A stretch of 64,000 bases of DNA from Planctomycetota bacterium. Its GTDB lineage: Bacteria > Planctomycetota > UBA8108 > SXIK01. Position 1 is the first letter of the stretch. Every line of letters begins with the position of its first letter. The DNA lies in NCBI GenBank assembly GCA_965223845.1, contig CBDCXR010000004.1:896001-960000 (forward strand). The letters run 5' to 3'. A model generated the notes under the pieces. That model was not told the DNA's origin. It did not search any database and saw nothing but the letters and a program-made list of their open reading frames with translations. The position numbers were made by a program, and so were the translations under genes. Shown one piece after another: positions 21,578 to 30,409 of the stretch.

Positions 21578-22014
21578 CCTGGTCTCCTTCTCAAGGGTTC
21601 GACCGTCCGCTCGCAGAGGGAGGTCGAGAGGTCGCTTCATTCTTTACCGGAGCGCAGCGCGATGTGCTCCCGCACCGGGCGCGTCGCGACCGCGGTTCTT
21701 CGTGCGCCTCGGTGCCGCTTTCCCGTTGTGGCCGATCAAGGATCCGTTCACCCTAAGGTTGCCAACCCAGCCGCAAGAAACGCGCTCGCTCGGTGAAGAA
21801 CACCGCCCGCAGATCGTGGGCCGTTCCGCTAATCTTCACCTGCGACGAATACGCTCCGCTGCGCGAAACCGCACGAAATCGCCGCTCGGAAGGCACTCTT
21901 CGCCGTTCCGGCTCGCCCTTTTTTGCAACGTATAGGTCCACTCTCTCCGATATCGCGAGGGAGTCACCGGGGCGGCGACGACGAAGCTCCCTATTCTCTA
22001 CGGAACCTGCCCGC

Positions 22015-23235
22015 ATGAAAGTCCTCACGCTCACGAAAGAATTTCCACCGCACGTCTACGGGGGCGCTGGCGTCCACGTCGAGCATCTCACCGCGGCGCT
22101 CGCGCGGCGTATGAACGTAGACGTTCGCTGTTTCGGCGATCAAACCGTCGATCGCGCGGACGGAGTGCCCGCGGTGCGCGGATTCCCGTCGCCGCTCGAG
22201 CTTGGCGACACGGATGAGCGCGCCCGCCCGGCCTTCGATGCCCTAGCCCGCGGGCTCCGGATGGCGGCTGCACCGACCGATGCGGACATCGTCCACTGCC
22301 ACACCTGGTACTCCATGGCGGCGGGGATCTGGGCGAAAACGGTCGCGGGGATCCCCCTCGTCGTCACCACCCACTCGCTCGAGCCGATGCGTCCGTGGAA
22401 GGAGGAGCAGCTCGGACCCGGTTACCGACTCTCGAGCTGGATCGAGAAGCTCGCGGTCGAATCGGCCGACGCGGTGATCGCGGTCTCCGACGGAACGCGG
22501 CGGGAAGTCCTCGAGTGCTACGACGTCGCGCCGGATCGGGTGAAGGTGATTCATAACGGGATCGATCTCGACGTGTACCGTCGCACGGATCCCGCGCCGG
22601 CACTCGCCCGCTACGGACTCCCCGCCGATCGACCCTACGTTCTCTTCGTCGGACGGATCACGAAGCAGAAGGGCGTTGTCCATCTCGTTCATGCGATGCG
22701 GCACGTCGCCGGCGACGTCGATGTCGTCTTTTGCGCGGGGGCGCCCGACACGCCCGAGATCGCCGCCGACATGGAGCGCGCCGTACGCGAGCTCCAATCG
22801 AAGCGCGAAGGCGTTCACTGGATTCGGGAGATGGTTCCCGTTCCGGACCTCGTTCGACTCTACAGCGGCGCCACTCTCTTCGTATGCCCGTCGATCTACG
22901 AGCCGTTCGGAATCATCAACCTCGAGGCGATGGCGACCGGTTGCCCAGTCGTCGCGAGTGCGGTGGGCGGAATCCCGGAGGTCGTCGTCGACGGCGAAAC
23001 GGGGCTGCTCGTTCCGCTCGAGAGCCGGAGGAACGACTTCGAGCCGGTCGACCCCGACCGGTTCGCGCGCGATCTCGCCGCCGCCGTCGACCGACTCGCG
23101 GCCGACGCCGCGCTGCGAACGTCCATGGCCGAAGCGAGCCGGCGCCGCGTCGAAGAGCTCTTTTCCTGGGACCGCATCGCCGAGCAGACGAAAGCGCTCT
23201 ACGAATCGCTCGTCGTCGATCGCGTCTCGGCGTGA
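22015..23235 (+). CDS. glgA: GT4 glycogen synthase of the actinobacterial type (GlgA/GlgM, maltose-1-phosphate synthase-like)
   Basis: EFPPHVYGGAGVHV, HCHTWY, HSLEPMRPWKEEQLG.GY, VGRITKQKG, CPSIYEPFGIINLEAMA. Confidence 0.85.
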   Translation: MKVLTLTKEFPPHVYGGAGVHVEHLTAALARRMNVDVRCFGDQTVDRADGVPAVRGFPSPLELGDTDERARPAFDALARGLRMAAAPTDADIVHCHTWYSMAAGIWAKTVAGIPLVVTTHSLEPMRPWKEEQLGPGYRLSSWIEKLAVESADAVIAVSDGTRREVLECYDVAPDRVKVIHNGIDLDVYRRTDPAPALARYGLPADRPYVLFVGRITKQKGVVHLVHAMRHVAGDVDVVFCAGAPDTPEIAADMERAVRELQSKREGVHWIREMVPVPDLVRLYSGATLFVCPSIYEPFGIINLEAMATGCPVVASAVGGIPEVVVDGETGLLVPLESRRNDFEPVDPDRFARDLAAAVDRLAADAALRTSMAEASRRRVEELFSWDRIAEQTKALYESLVVDRVSA

Positions 23236-23286
23236 GTGCGGACCGCGACCGCGGCGGGCGACGGGAGCGGTAGCCCGGTTCGAGCG

Positions 23287-24564
23287 CTACTCGACGGGCG
23301 ACCAGTCCGGCTGCGGTTTCGCGTCGACGCGCGTCGGTCGTCCGCCGCGAATCGCCTCGATCCGCGTCTCAGCGGCGCGGACTTCTTCCGCGTTCGTGAG
23401 GGCGGTGAATTCGACGGTGAGTGCTCGGCGATCACCGCCGGCTAGCTTCGGCGTTCGACCTTGCGAGCGTTCGAACTTTCGCAGATTGGGAAAGTTCGTC
23501 CCGGGCTCGATCCCCGTCACGTAGCCGTCTGGATGCGTGTTCTTCCACACCGTGAGAAACGGAAGCTCGGCGACGGCGAACCGAAGCGTCGTGCCGCGGT
23601 CGCCGGCACGGTTCTTGAGGAGAACCTCGGTCTTCCCCTCACCGTCGGAGTAGAGCTCGAGGAAATACACCTGCTCGGTGTATCCCTTCGTCGGCCCGAG
23701 GTACGAATCCCAAGCGTCGACGCCCTCTGCGGCGCGCGGATCCCTCGGCGCGACGCGTGCTGCCGGCGCGACGACTCTCGCGCCCTTCTCGAGGAGCGGC
23801 GCGCCGTAGTTTGCGTGATAGAGCATCTGAAACTCTTGCGGCTCGTGCGAAAGATTGACGATGACGTCGCGGATCGTGAGGGTCCGCGATCCCGCGACGG
23901 TCGAGATCGACGTCTCCATGCGCAGCTGAGTCCCGTACATCATCGTCTCGTCGACGACGCCCTTCACCGTGATCGTGCGAGGGCTCTCCTCCGACACTTC
24001 GACGCCGACGAAGCGCGCGGGAACGTAGCTGATCTTGCCGTGGAGGCTGAGCTGCACGGGGACCGGTGCGCCCGTGTTGCTCGGCACGATGTCCTCGCCG
24101 GGAGCTCCGTTCGACGCGAGCCCGCAGCGACACATCCAGGCGCCGAATCCCTCGAGCCAGCCGAGTCCGCCGCGGCTGTCGAGCTGCACGTACTGCGGAT
24201 GGACGATCTCCTTCACCGGTGAGTCCCAGGCTAGGCTGACGTCACCCGCGCGTGCGTCCCAGACATCCATGCCGCGAGTCGGTATGACGGTGAACGACAG
24301 CTCGCCGTTGTCGACGACGACGCGATCGACGCCCTCCTGACGTCCGCCGTGGAGAACATCCTTCCGCACACTCCAGGACCCGGCGGCATCGCCGGCCGTG
24401 CGCGCATCGAGAGACCAGTGGGCGAGCCGGATGTTCTTTTCGACGTCGATGAGAGTTGCCATGGTCGAGGGGCGCGGAGTCGTGGGCTCGGGAGAGGCGG
24501 AAGCGAGTCGGAAGAGTGTGACGAGAATCGCCGCGGCGATCGCGGCCGACGCCGTGTACCTCAT
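23287..24564 (-). CDS. DUF4432 / aldose 1-epimerase-like exported protein
   Basis: Signal peptide; LHGGRQEGV, PTRGMD, GWLEGFG...CGL, LHGKIS, YH.NYG.PLL, YVTGIEPGT. Confidence 0.8.
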   Translation of the reverse strand: MRYTASAAIAAAILVTLFRLASASPEPTTPRPSTMATLIDVEKNIRLAHWSLDARTAGDAAGSWSVRKDVLHGGRQEGVDRVVVDNGELSFTVIPTRGMDVWDARAGDVSLAWDSPVKEIVHPQYVQLDSRGGLGWLEGFGAWMCRCGLASNGAPGEDIVPSNTGAPVPVQLSLHGKISYVPARFVGVEVSEESPRTITVKGVVDETMMYGTQLRMETSISTVAGSRTLTIRDVIVNLSHEPQEFQMLYHANYGAPLLEKGARVVAPAARVAPRDPRAAEGVDAWDSYLGPTKGYTEQVYFLELYSDGEGKTEVLLKNRAGDRGTTLRFAVAELPFLTVWKNTHPDGYVTGIEPGTNFPNLRKFERSQGRTPKLAGGDRRALTVEFTALTNAEEVRAAETRIEAIRGGRPTRVDAKPQPDWSPVE

Positions 24565-24789
24565 GCGCAGGTTCCTTTTCTTTCGGATGCGACAAATCGT
24601 CCGCGAAATCGTCGCGGCGCGGGCGGCGGCGATTCGGGTGGACGTAGGCGATGGGGAAGAGATAATACCGATTCCGCGGGCGGCCATTGTAGCGGCGGTG
24701 ACCTCGACGCCCGAAAAGAAAGCCGATCTGCCGCTCCCTGCCGTCGGCGCAACTAGCGGGTTCGTTCTTCTTCGTCCAGTGTATCAGTC

Positions 24790-25626
24790 ATGGCAAACAG
24801 TGATTCCCTCCGGGGAGTGAAGTCCGTCGTCGCGGTTGCGAGCGGGAAGGGCGGAGTCGGCAAGTCGACAACGGCCGTGAATCTCGCGCTCGCGCTCAAG
24901 GCGAAGGGTGAGGCGGTGGGTCTTCTCGACGCCGACGTCTACGGGCCGAGTGCGCAGATGATGCTCGGGATCCGTGATCGTCCGCTGGTCACACCGGAGA
25001 AGATGCTCGTTCCGGTCGAAGCCCACGGGCTCAAAGTGATTTCGATGGCGCTCCTCCAAGATCCCGACAAGCCGGTGATCTGGCGAGGCCCCATGGTGCA
25101 CGGGCTTCTCCGCCAGTTCATCCGCGACGTCGATTGGGGCGAGCTCGACACACTGGTCCTCGATCTGCCGCCCGGAACGGGAGATGCGCAGCTCTCGATC
25201 TCTCAGGAGTGCTCGATCACGGGCGCCGTGATCGTGACGACCCCGCAGGAGGTCAGCCTCATCGATGCGAAAAAGGGATTGAAGACCTTTCGACAGCTCA
25301 AGGTTCCCGTGCTGGGGATCGTCGAGAACATGAGCTACTTCGTCTGCGAGAAATGCGGACACCGCGCGGAGATCTTCCGCCACGGCGGCGCGCGGAAGGC
25401 TTGCGAAGAGCTCGAGGTCGATCTCCTCGGCGAGATCCCGCTCGACCCGCGCGTCGTTCTGGGCGGGGACAGCGGTGAGCCGATCGTCGTTCGAGACGCG
25501 GAGTCTCCGGCGGCGGCGGCGTACCGAGAGTTCGCCGAGCGCGTACGCGCGCAACTCGATCGCGCGGCGGGCGAAGACGTGCCGTCCCAGCCGCCGATCA
25601 TGCCGGGTCGCATCGAGTGGGAATGA
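24790..25626 (+). CDS. apbC: Mrp/ApbC/NBP35 Fe-S carrier ATPase
   Basis: ASGKGGVGKST, DADVYGPS, WRGPM, DLPPGTGD, VTTPQ, ENMS...CEKC. Confidence 0.93.
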   Translation: MANSDSLRGVKSVVAVASGKGGVGKSTTAVNLALALKAKGEAVGLLDADVYGPSAQMMLGIRDRPLVTPEKMLVPVEAHGLKVISMALLQDPDKPVIWRGPMVHGLLRQFIRDVDWGELDTLVLDLPPGTGDAQLSISQECSITGAVIVTTPQEVSLIDAKKGLKTFRQLKVPVLGIVENMSYFVCEKCGHRAEIFRHGGARKACEELEVDLLGEIPLDPRVVLGGDSGEPIVVRDAESPAAAAYREFAERVRAQLDRAAGEDVPSQPPIMPGRIEWE

Positions 25627-25949
25627 ACTCGTCGCGCGGACTGGAACCCGATCCGGCGACCACTCCGAGCGAGATTCGCCAGTCCGGCCCCGCCGAGCTC
25701 GAGATCGTATGGCGAGACGGCCACCGGAGCGTTTATCCCGTCGCGTTTCTTCGGCGTTCCTGTCCGTGTGCCGCGTGCGTCGACGAATGGACGGGCGAGC
25801 AGATTCTCCGGCCGGATCAAGTCCCCGACGAAGTGAAGCCCGTCACCATCGAGCCGACGGGCAACTACGCGATTCAGATTCGCTGGAGCGACGGACACTC
25901 GAGCGGGATCTACACCTTCGAGTTTTTGCGCGGCCTCACGCCGCAGTAG
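25623..25949 (+). CDS. DUF971 (gamma-butyrobetaine hydroxylase N-terminal-like) protein
   Basis: W.DGH.S.Y...LR..CPCAAC, GNYAIQI.WSDGHSSGIY; ATGA overlap with the apbC stop. Confidence 0.9.
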   Translation: MNSSRGLEPDPATTPSEIRQSGPAELEIVWRDGHRSVYPVAFLRRSCPCAACVDEWTGEQILRPDQVPDEVKPVTIEPTGNYAIQIRWSDGHSSGIYTFEFLRGLTPQ

Positions 25950-26102
25950 CTCGGGCCGGTCCCGGAACAAGTGTCGCGAACCCGAACCGGTGCACCGCTT
26001 TTGAGCGATTCCCCCGCTGTCCAGCCAGTGGACGGTTCCGATATCGAGATTCCCCGGCGCCGGCGGCGATTCCCGAACAGTGGCCCCAGGCTCCCGGCCG
26101 AA

Positions 26103-26242
26103 GGAGGGTGATGCGGCGGACCCGGAGATTCAGCGTGTCGATTCGCCCGGCCGAACCACGAAGTCCCGGCATTCCCGTTGAATGCGTGGCGCGGTCACGG
26201 CGTCTTCTGGGATGGACCGTGGGCGAGCCGCCCGTCGCCTCT
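26103..26242 (+). ncRNA. Candidate rod-shaped structured RNA (6S-like?)
   Basis: Long imperfect end-to-end pairing with several G-U pairs, internal bubble and apical hairpin GCATTC-CCGTT-GAATGC, in a 350-nt intergenic gap. Folded by eye only. Confidence 0.25.
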
Positions 26243-26299
26243 GCCGTCGCAATCCGCGGGAGGCGGCACCCATGCTTTTGTAGGGAGGAGACAGTCGTC

Positions 26300-27766
26300 A
26301 TGACGCACAGAATCGAATCGAGTGGGACGCGCGCACGGCTGCGCGCACTCATTGCAGCGTGTGCGGTGGGGACCGCGCTTGGCTGCGGTGGTCCGGAGAG
26401 AGCGCCGCGCCAACCCATCACGGGCGTGGATCGACCCGCGGAGGAGCGCGCGCCGAATCCGCACGACGAACCGGCCGCGGAGCCGGAAGAAGACGAGGAC
26501 GAGACCGAAGGATCCGAGACGTCCGCGCTTCGACCCGGAGCACCGGGCTCCGCTCCGCCCTCGACGGACACGGTCGTTCGCGGCGATCTGATCGCGGCAT
26601 TCTCAGCGCAAGTTGCGAGCGCGCAGCAGAGCGCGCCGGGTCCGGTTGCAGTGTTTTGGCCTCTCTCGCCGGATCCGCTACGGCCGGGAGTCCGGCACGT
26701 GAACGGACTCGGCGAGCGCGTTGCACGCGAAATCGCGGACGGACTTCGCGCCGAAGGGATTTCCCCGCTCGCGGGCGCGGCGCTCCGAAACGACATTCAA
26801 GCGGCGAATCGATGCCTCCACCATCTGCGCGATGTTGACGACGTGTTCTGGATCGCGCAGCGACTCGGAGTCGAGTACGTCGTCTACGGGACGATCAGCG
26901 TTCGGAACTACAACAAGCTGAGTCGTGATACGCGGATGGAGTTCCGCCTCCACTGTAAGCGACTGAACGACAACATCGACGTCGCGCGACTTCAGCGGAG
27001 CTTCACTTGGGGGGAGCGCCTCCGCGACTACTACCGCGACTACCAGCATCCGTCGGAGATCCGAATCGGGATCGCGGCGGCCCCGTGCACGAACTCCGCG
27101 AGTGCGGAGGCGACGTACTTGATGAGTCTTCTCACTCGGCGAGTGATTTCCCAGTCGGGTCGCGCACTCGCCGGGAAGCGGCTTCTCGTCGAACCGACTG
27201 CGATCCGTAGTGCGAGTCAGACGTCGGCGGAAGTCGCGGCGCAGCTCGCGGCGGTGGGGCGTGCCTACGCCGCCGCACTCCAGCGTGCGGCCGACGCGAA
27301 CGCGAAGGATCCGCGCGGCGAAGCGCTCGGGAGTGGCCCGGTCACGATCCTCGGCACGGAGCACGCGACGCTCGGTAGTGCGGTCGACGCCGCGCAGGCG
27401 GCCGTTCTCCGGAGCGGCGCGACGCCACCCCTCGAGCTCGCGGTCGATCTGTCACGCGCGCTCGGCGAAAGCCTGACTCGTTTCGGTGAGTCGATGGAAG
27501 TCATCACCGAGGATCCGCAGCGGGCCTCGATTTTCGCGCTCTTGCGCTCGGGCGACGACGCGAACGACACCGTGGCGAGTTACGAGACGTCGGTCGCGCG
27601 GGCGCGAGGCGCAGACTTCCTCGTCCGAAGCACCCTCCGTCCCTACCTCGGCACGTATCAACTCCGCCTGATGCTGATCGACAGCCAGAGCGGAAAAGTG
27701 CATTCCGAGGTGATCAGCTTCGACGAGCAATTCAAAGCGGATCTCGACGCCGTTACCGCTGGTTGA
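26300..27766 (+). CDS. Hypothetical lipoprotein with CsgG/LpoB/FlgO-like alpha/beta domains
   Basis: GGAGGAG RBS, lipobox ALGC, acidic/Pro linker, LGVEYVVYGTI and GADFLVRS..LRLMLID.QSGKV segments. Confidence 0.7.
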   Translation: MTHRIESSGTRARLRALIAACAVGTALGCGGPERAPRQPITGVDRPAEERAPNPHDEPAAEPEEDEDETEGSETSALRPGAPGSAPPSTDTVVRGDLIAAFSAQVASAQQSAPGPVAVFWPLSPDPLRPGVRHVNGLGERVAREIADGLRAEGISPLAGAALRNDIQAANRCLHHLRDVDDVFWIAQRLGVEYVVYGTISVRNYNKLSRDTRMEFRLHCKRLNDNIDVARLQRSFTWGERLRDYYRDYQHPSEIRIGIAAAPCTNSASAEATYLMSLLTRRVISQSGRALAGKRLLVEPTAIRSASQTSAEVAAQLAAVGRAYAAALQRAADANAKDPRGEALGSGPVTILGTEHATLGSAVDAAQAAVLRSGATPPLELAVDLSRALGESLTRFGESMEVITEDPQRASIFALLRSGDDANDTVASYETSVARARGADFLVRSTLRPYLGTYQLRLMLIDSQSGKVHSEVISFDEQFKADLDAVTAG

Positions 27767-27801
27767 AGCGGTTTCGCGACAACTCTGAAGAGGAAAAATC
27801 A

Positions 27802-28398
27802 ATGAATCGAATCCATCTCTACGCCGCGCTCGGCTGTGCGGTCCTCGCGTTCGGTTGCCGGACTCCGGAAGGTCGCATCATGGGCGACGAGGAAGAAGGC
27901 TACGTCGGGAACCGCGCCGCCGGTTCGTCGACGTACGACCGACTGATCGAGGGAGCCGTCGCGAAGATCCTCGATCGGACGGCAGCGGCACACGCAGGCA
28001 CGGGGGATCTGCGCGTTGCATTCTTGGGCGTCGAGAACAAGTCGCGCGAGGCCCTCGGCGACTTTCACGATCAGATCTACCAGTTCATCGATACCTCGAT
28101 CAACACGTCGGAGCGGTTTCGAACGATCAGCAGTCGCTTCGTCGAAGCGGCGCTGCGCGAGACGCGGATCAAATCCGACCAGCTTTTCATTCCGCAGCAT
28201 CGACGTGCGTTCGCGCAGACGCTCGAGGCGAGCGGTCACCCGGTCGAGGCGCTTCTCTTCGCGACGTTGACGTCCGGGACGACGCGCGGCGAGGGAGTGC
28301 GCCAGGTGGACTACGCACTCACTATGGAGCTCGTCGACATCCAGACGGGCGACAACCAGAAGGAGAGCGTCCGCCTGCGCAAGGCGTACACTCGCTGA
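27802..28398 (+). CDS. LpoB-like (PBP activator / CsgG-fold) lipoprotein
   Basis: Lipobox AFGC; VAFLGVENKS.E, DY.LTMELVDIQTG. Confidence 0.75.
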   Translation: MNRIHLYAALGCAVLAFGCRTPEGRIMGDEEEGYVGNRAAGSSTYDRLIEGAVAKILDRTAAAHAGTGDLRVAFLGVENKSREALGDFHDQIYQFIDTSINTSERFRTISSRFVEAALRETRIKSDQLFIPQHRRAFAQTLEASGHPVEALLFATLTSGTTRGEGVRQVDYALTMELVDIQTGDNQKESVRLRKAYTR

Positions 28399-28416
28399 TC
28401 GAGGCTCGATCCATCC

Positions 28417-29889
28417 GTGCCCGTTCGAGGGAGCAACGCGACGACCTCCGTCCTCCGCGCGAGTGTGTGCGTGAGCAGTGGGAGAACACGTCTCGACGCG
28501 GTGCGGTCGGGGACGTGTGCCGTGACGCTCGCAGCGGTTCTCGCTCTGAGCGGCTGCGCGACCTACTTCGAGCGAGTCGCGGAGGCGCGCTACGCCTGGC
28601 GTCAAGGGGATTACCGTTTCGCGGATGAGGAGCTCCGGCGAGTCGCCTCGGAGGACGACGACTCCGCGCACCTCTATCGCCTCGAGCGCGCGGTGGTGCA
28701 GCTCTGCCTCGGGCGTCCAGACGTCGCGGAAGAGCTCCTCAGCGAGGGGCTCGCCGGGCTAGACGAGCGGTACTCGAGCTCGTTTGTGGACTCCGTCGGA
28801 GCGATGCTCCTCGACGATCGCTCGCTCGAATACGGGGGCGAGGACTACGAGCATGTGATCGGTCGCGCACTGCTCGCCGTCGCCAACTTGATGGCCGGAG
28901 GACGCGACGTGGCCGCCTACGCGAACGCGGTCATCGAAAAGCAGCTCGAGATCATGGACGCGTATGAGGATCACGAAGGGACGAAACCGAAGCTCGCGTA
29001 CAAGCTCGTTCCGTTCGGAGTCTACCTGCGGGCGATTCTGGCCGAGGAGTCTCCGCTGAAGACCGATGTCGCCCGTCGCGAGTTCGCTCGGTTCGCCGAG
29101 CTCCAGCCCGACTTCCCGTACGCCGAGGCGGACATCGATCGCGTCGAGAATGGGATTCATTCGGCGCCCGGAAACGGCGTGATCCACGTGATCGCTCTCG
29201 TCGGAACTGGCCCCACCAAGGTGGAGACCGAGGAGCCGGTGAGCGGCGCGGCGCTCGCGATCGCGCAGTACATTTGGGCGATCTACCGCCGGCGCGTCGT
29301 TCTTCCGAACATCACGGCGGTGGTCATCCCCACGCTCGCGTTTCACCGCGACAATCCGACTGCCGTTCAAGTGAGCCTGAACGGCGATGACGCCGGCATC
29401 ACGGCCACGGCGACGGACGTCGACGCCATCGCGCGCGAGCAGTTTGTGGTGATGCGCGATGCCGTCATCGCGCGGGCAGTGCTTCGCCGGGCGATCAAGA
29501 TCGCGGCGGTCGAGGGGACGAAGGAAGCGGTCAATCGTGAGCGCGATCCCGTCATCGATCTCTTTCTCTCGATCTTCGGTCTCATCTGGACCGGCGCGGA
29601 GCGCGCCGACACGCGGGGCTGGTCGTTTCTTCCGTCTAAGTTTCAGGTGCTCCGCGTCGAGGCTCCCGCGGGAGATCACGAGCTGAGCTTTCAGCCGCTC
29701 CGCGGGCAGAATCCCGTGGGTCGTGTGCCGTCCGTGCGTGTGCGCGTGCGCGACGGCTTCAACTCCTACGTCGTCGTGCAGGTCCCGTCACAGTGGGGGG
29801 GACCGCAGCCACTCACCTCGGAGCCGGTCGAGGACCCCGGCGTCGAGTCACCATCCGAATCGGTCCCTGCTGCGGAGGTTCAGCCATGA
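28417..29889 (+). CDS. COG3014-like lipoprotein
   Basis: Lipobox LSGC; LYRLER, Y.GEDYE, ERADTRGWSFLP. True start may be GTG 28522. Confidence 0.75.
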   Translation: MPVRGSNATTSVLRASVCVSSGRTRLDAVRSGTCAVTLAAVLALSGCATYFERVAEARYAWRQGDYRFADEELRRVASEDDDSAHLYRLERAVVQLCLGRPDVAEELLSEGLAGLDERYSSSFVDSVGAMLLDDRSLEYGGEDYEHVIGRALLAVANLMAGGRDVAAYANAVIEKQLEIMDAYEDHEGTKPKLAYKLVPFGVYLRAILAEESPLKTDVARREFARFAELQPDFPYAEADIDRVENGIHSAPGNGVIHVIALVGTGPTKVETEEPVSGAALAIAQYIWAIYRRRVVLPNITAVVIPTLAFHRDNPTAVQVSLNGDDAGITATATDVDAIAREQFVVMRDAVIARAVLRRAIKIAAVEGTKEAVNRERDPVIDLFLSIFGLIWTGAERADTRGWSFLPSKFQVLRVEAPAGDHELSFQPLRGQNPVGRVPSVRVRVRDGFNSYVVVQVPSQWGGPQPLTSEPVEDPGVESPSESVPAAEVQP

Positions 29890-30215
29890 ATCGGTCTCTC
29901 GCCCGCTCGCTCGTCTCGACGAGCGCTCTCATCGCCCTCGCTTTCGGCGCGACGGCTTGTGTATCGAACCGCCACCACGGTCAGGACACTCCGCGCGTGA
30001 CGCGTGTCGTAACCGTGCCGGCCGGCGCCACGCTGCGCCACGTCGATCTCAATCGCGAGTGGATTACTCCCTGCGATCTCACGGACGAGTCCTTCGACAT
30101 CGACGAGGAGATCGTCGTCGAGAAAGAAGGATTTCGCACGTGGGCGGGGACTCTCGAGGAACTGCCACAGATCAGTCTCGGGACGTACCAACTAAAGCTC
30201 GTGCCCGTACCGTGA
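29886..30215 (+). CDS. Small lipoprotein (PEGA-like beta domain)
   Basis: ATGA overlap; lipobox ATAC; T.PAGA, TP, VEKEGF. Confidence 0.7.
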   Translation: MNRSLARSLVSTSALIALAFGATACVSNRHHGQDTPRVTRVVTVPAGATLRHVDLNREWITPCDLTDESFDIDEEIVVEKEGFRTWAGTLEELPQISLGTYQLKLVPVP

Positions 30216-30269
30216 ACAGCCGGGACGATCTCGAACGGCGTTCACGCACACGACGAGACTGAGTTGAAG

Positions 30270-30325
30270 ATGGGCTTCGTGCCCTTCGTGGTGAAATCCT
30301 CTTCCACGAAGGAAGGACGAGCCAT
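30270..30325. repeat. Intergenic palindrome (REP-like or terminator)
   Basis: Perfect 9-bp inverted repeat CCTTCGTGG (30283-30291) / CCACGAAGG (30304-30312), extended imperfectly to ATGG...CCAT. Confidence 0.55.
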
Positions 30326-30409
30326 AGATCCACAAATCCGCTACCATGCCCCCCTTTCGCGCTCGGTTCGGCGCGATGCGAGGCCATCGACATCGGGAGA
30401 CCGGGATCC

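Noticed and set aside
28396-28417. Second in-frame UGA joining the LpoB-like and COG3014-like ORFs
   Set aside because: The upstream protein ends naturally, the downstream one has its own lipobox, and the local hairpin overlaps the UGA instead of lying ~11 nt downstream; not SECIS-like.
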